Source: Hormiphora californensis (lineage: Eukaryota > Animalia > Ctenophora). From it: DNA of 64,000 nucleotides. The DNA lies in NCBI GenBank assembly GCA_020137815.1, contig CM035360.1, positions 6,944,001-7,008,000 of the forward strand. Reading direction: 5' to 3'. The position numbers were made by a program, and so were the translations under genes. A model generated the notes under the pieces. That model saw only the letters and a program-made list of their open reading frames with translations, did no database searches and was not told where the DNA came from. Positions 60,906-64,000 of this stretch are shown piece after piece (position 1 is the first letter of the stretch; each line of letters opens with the position of its first letter).

Positions 60906-63900
60906 TTACAACTCAGCCATGGGTTCCCCATCACCCACTCCAAATGCACCAACGAAGAGATGTGTTTTCAGCCGGGTTTTGAAAGTATCCACATTGGGGA
61001 TTGACCTGAGCTCAAGAGGAAGCTCATTCCAGACAGAGGGCAGGAATACTGATAACCTCCTACGTCTCAACTTAGAGTTGGCATTGATACTGGTCATCTT
61101 TGGATGTTTTAACCTATAGGGATCCGGAACATTAGTCATCCTCGTTGTCCTAGAGGTTCCCCAAGTCTCATCACGTGGCACCAAATCCTGGAGATAACAC
61201 GGGGCTGTTCCATTGACTATTTTGTAGGCAATCAAACATGCTTTGAAGTCCAACCTGTAGGAGATCGGTAAAATATGACATTGCCTGAAATACTCCATGT
61301 AGTTGTCCTGGTGTCCGTGGAGGTTAAATACAAAACGAACACAGGCATTGAGAAGCTTCTGGAGCCCACTGAGAACTCGACCAGGAAGTCCACAATACAG
61401 AATGTTACTGTAGTCTATCCTCGATAAAATCAACTGTTTGACCAACATTATCTTTGTTGGGATATCAAAACACCTGTGCAGTTGCCAAAGGTTTCGTAAC
61501 ATCAGTCCACACTGTTTCCTCACATTGTTAACCTGTCGTTCAAGGCCAAGGTTATGATCCAAGAGAATTCCCAGGGTTTTACCATATGTTCCACTACATT
61601 CACTGGGGGAGATTTCCGTTCCTCCAAAGTTAATAACTGGATCAAAAGAGACTTTGCTTAGAGAACTGCGCTTTCCAAGCAGGATGAATTCCGTTTTGGC
61701 CTCATTACACTTCAACCACTGCCCTACCATCCACCTCTTCACCTTCGCCAGACACTCCTCAATATCCACCTTTGCCTCAACCCAGCCAGCAGCATCCGTA
61801 GGAACCAGACTCACGTAGAGCTGGGAATCATCTGCATATAACTTTATCCGGAGTCCATATGGCTCCACAATATCTTGTACAGCCTCGATGTAGAGTAGGA
61901 ACAAAATAGGACCAAGGAGGGACCCTTGAGGGACTCCACAAAGTAAAGCAAGGGTTTCCGAAAGGCAATCACCGACCGAAACTCTAAAAGATCTGGAACT
62001 CAAATAGCTTTTAAACCATCGGAGAGGTTCACCATCCACTCCAAACCGTTTCTGCAACACCTCCAACAACTTTCCATGGTCAACCGTATCAAAAGCAGCA
62101 CTCATATCTAGACAGATAAGAGCTACTACGTTTCCTTTATCCATTTCCCCTAGAATGTCATCGAACATGCTTGCCAATAGCGTTTCACAACTGTGACCAA
62201 CACGATAGCCAGACTGATGTTTGCCCAAAAGAGAGTTGCGATCCAGGTAGTCATTGAGTTGCGTGAGAACTACCTTCTCAAGAAGCTTAGACAGAAATGG
62301 GATGTTCGAAACAGGACGATAGTTGCTGAGAGCTTCACGATCTCCATACATATTCTTGATGGTAGGAAAGACAAGTGCCTCCTGGAGAGATTCTGCGACC
62401 GAAGACTGATGTAGAGACTGATTGACTATTGATGTTAATGCAGGAGCCAGATCACTTATACACTCCTTTACCACCCAAGTGGGCAACGGGTCCAGGTCAC
62501 AGTGCTTGCTGGACATCGATTTCACTAATGAAACAAGTTCCTCCTCAGATATCTCTTTGAATTCATTCCATGTTGTATGACAGGATTTTCCAGATTCCAC
62601 AAAATCGCCAGCCTGCTGCTGCTCCTCATTGACTTGGGTCCGAATTTTGGTCACCTTTGAACTAAAGAACTTTGAAAAATCATCAGCCAGGTTCTTGTTG
62701 TTGGTAGTCTCAGGAAGAATAGTTTCCGCTTTTCCCAGGAGTTTCTGTAACTTTCTTTGTAGCTTCTTCGGGTCCCCTTTTGCCGCATCCAAGTCCTCTT
62801 TAACAAAAGCTGCTCTCTTTTCCTTGTCCATGTTTCCATAGAGCTTCTTCAAATCATTGAATCTCCGTTTCGCTTCCTCAGTTCCATGCTTCCTCCAGTA
62901 TCGTTCCGCACTCCTCCTCTTACGTAGTATTCCTCTTAGTTCCTCATCTCTCCACGGTTTAAACTTTTTCCCTGTCCTCACCCGTTTCCTCGGAACTCGC
63001 CTTTCCACTACACTTTCCAACCAACGATAGAAGTTTATAATACTCTCCTCTGGATCCCGGCCTGGTTCAAATTCCGCTTTCTGGAGGTCCTCTCTGAATC
63101 CTTCCTTGTCCATTGACTTGTAGTCCATGTATTCTCGAAACATTGATTTCCGCATACAAGAGTTTGACAGGTCCTGTCTCACTTCAAGCCCAAACTGTAC
63201 CAGGAAGTGGTCCGAAGTAGTACCATTAGGACAAATTGTTAAATCTCCTAGATTGGTTTCCCTTGTAGTTATCACCAGGTCTAAGGTTCCACCAAGTTGG
63301 TGAGTAGGCAATAGTGGTACTCTTTGCTGAAGGTCAAATGAATCTAGAAGCTCCAATAGTTTCCTCGAGTAGAAGTTGTTCTTGTCCTGCACCTGAAAGT
63401 TCAGATCCCCTGCTATAATTGGAGTACCTTGCTTCATAACAAGTTCTGAAAGATAGTCTCCGAACTCAGATAGGAATGTAGCCTCTGTGAGTCTTGACTT
63501 AGTTGTGTATGGTGGACGATAAACATTACAGAGTCTCTTTGGTTGATCTCTGTCACTGATGAGAACCTCCTGCACTTGAAAAGACTTAAACTTTGTCTTC
63601 ACTGGGCACTGTCGAAGGACTATACCGTCCCGAAAAAGAATTCCTATTCCTCCACCTCCTCTGTCTCCTCGTGGACATGATAAAATATCCCATCCATTAT
63701 CCCTAATCTCCTGGAGTTTCCCAGTATCCGTAGACTTCAAAAAGGTTTCCTGTACGAGACAGATATCACAATCCTCTTCTTCCAGATGAGAAATAACACC
63801 TCCAGTTTTATTAACAAGAGAGCGAACATTTAGTGTCCCAATCTTCCAAGTCTTTTCCTGAGTAGTTCCTCTTTGGTCCTCGTCCAGTACATGTTTTTTT

Positions 63901-63947
63901 CCTCTTTGCTCACACCTGAAGTCCTCTCCATTAGCCGTGCTCGCTCG
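60906..63947 (-). CDS. LINE ORF2: APE endonuclease + reverse transcriptase
   Basis: Stop-to-stop frame gives IGTLNVRSL, VQETFL, GGGIG, YRPP, GDLN, TLDLV, SDH, NYRPVSNIPFLSKLLEK, QSGYR, LDMSAAFDTVDH, GVPQGSLLGP, YADDSQ, RIDYSN, WNELP and FKTRLKTHLF. Uninterrupted. Confidence 0.97.
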   Translation of the reverse strand, partial: RASTANGEDFRCEQRGKKHVLDEDQRGTTQEKTWKIGTLNVRSLVNKTGGVISHLEEEDCDICLVQETFLKSTDTGKLQEIRDNGWDILSCPRGDRGGGGIGILFRDGIVLRQCPVKTKFKSFQVQEVLISDRDQPKRLCNVYRPPYTTKSRLTEATFLSEFGDYLSELVMKQGTPIIAGDLNFQVQDKNNFYSRKLLELLDSFDLQQRVPLLPTHQLGGTLDLVITTRETNLGDLTICPNGTTSDHFLVQFGLEVRQDLSNSCMRKSMFREYMDYKSMDKEGFREDLQKAEFEPGRDPEESIINFYRWLESVVERRVPRKRVRTGKKFKPWRDEELRGILRKRRSAERYWRKHGTEEAKRRFNDLKKLYGNMDKEKRAAFVKEDLDAAKGDPKKLQRKLQKLLGKAETILPETTNNKNLADDFSKFFSSKVTKIRTQVNEEQQQAGDFVESGKSCHTTWNEFKEISEEELVSLVKSMSSKHCDLDPLPTWVVKECISDLAPALTSIVNQSLHQSSVAESLQEALVFPTIKNMYGDREALSNYRPVSNIPFLSKLLEKVVLTQLNDYLDRNSLLGKHQSGYRVGHSCETLLASMFDDILGEMDKGNVVALICLDMSAAFDTVDHGKLLEVLQKRFGVDGEPLRWFKSYLSSRSFRVSVGDCLSETLALLCGVPQGSLLGPILFLLYIEAVQDIVEPYGLRIKLYADDSQLYVSLVPTDAAGWVEAKVDIEECLAKVKRWMVGQWLKCNEAKTEFILLGKRSSLSKVSFDPVINFGGTEISPSECSGTYGKTLGILLDHNLGLERQVNNVRKQCGLMLRNLWQLHRCFDIPTKIMLVKQLILSRIDYSNILYCGLPGRVLSGLQKLLNACVRFVFNLHGHQDNYMEYFRQCHILPISYRLDFKACLIAYKIVNGTAPCYLQDLVPRDETWGTSRTTRMTNVPDPYRLKHPKMTSINANSKLRRRRLSVFLPSVWNELPLELRSIPNVDTFKTRLKTHLFVGAFGVGDGEPMAEL

Positions 63948-64000
63948 TTAATGTACGAAGGGCACCACATACTTGAAGCCGTGTGGGTCTTCGCATACTT
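63830..64000 (-). CDS. C-terminus of LINE ORF1 (end of a gag-like Zn-knuckle region), overlapping ORF2
   Basis: KYAKTHTASSMWCPSYINERARLMERT...EEKNMYW...LGH*. The H-x-A-x4-CP-x-Y signature is typical of knuckle-type LINE ORF1. Confidence 0.65.
   Translation of the reverse strand, partial: KYAKTHTASSMWCPSYINERARLMERTSGVSKEEKNMYWTRTKEELLRKRLGRLGH

Larger units (their letters stand above)
60562..64000 (-). mobile_element. L2/CR1-group LINE inserted antisense in a PKHD1L1 intron, 5' end outside the window
   Basis: On the - strand the 3' UTR has a TATACCGC...GCGGTATA stem-loop and a (TTA)n tail at 60562-60585. ORF2 and the end of ORF1 lie upstream. Confidence 0.93.

Overview
Eukaryotic, almost certainly animal, genomic DNA with short GT-AG introns, very abundant (AG/CT)n microsatellites, a 100-N gap and locally error-prone consensus. 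A compact non-bilaterian or ctenophore-like genome is a guess only. Five spliced genes can be reconstructed by hand. (1) A 7-exon gene for a pRiA4b ORF-3/MM3350-like protein, a mostly prokaryotic family, so a candidate horizontal transfer. (2) LRP2BP. (3) UCKL1, with three mutually incompatible ATG-bearing first exons. (4) The 5' part of a fibrocystin-L (PKHD1L1)-like gene carrying an unexpected phase 1-1 CAP/SCP domain module. (5) A small secreted cbEGF gene nested antisense in PKHD1L1 intron 2. Mobile DNA includes two tandem ORF1-only retroelement-like units, an intact L2-type LINE whose ORF2 lacks an ATG and follows an A-AAA-AAC slippery site, a 5.9-kb foldback element built on an inverted 32-bp minisatellite, and several MITEs. 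The most striking structural signal is recurrent tandem duplication of exon/intron junctions, including one UCKL1 intron made almost entirely of copies of its own donor and acceptor junctions. Most first coding exons also have a splice acceptor just upstream of the ATG, which is compatible with spliced-leader trans-splicing.
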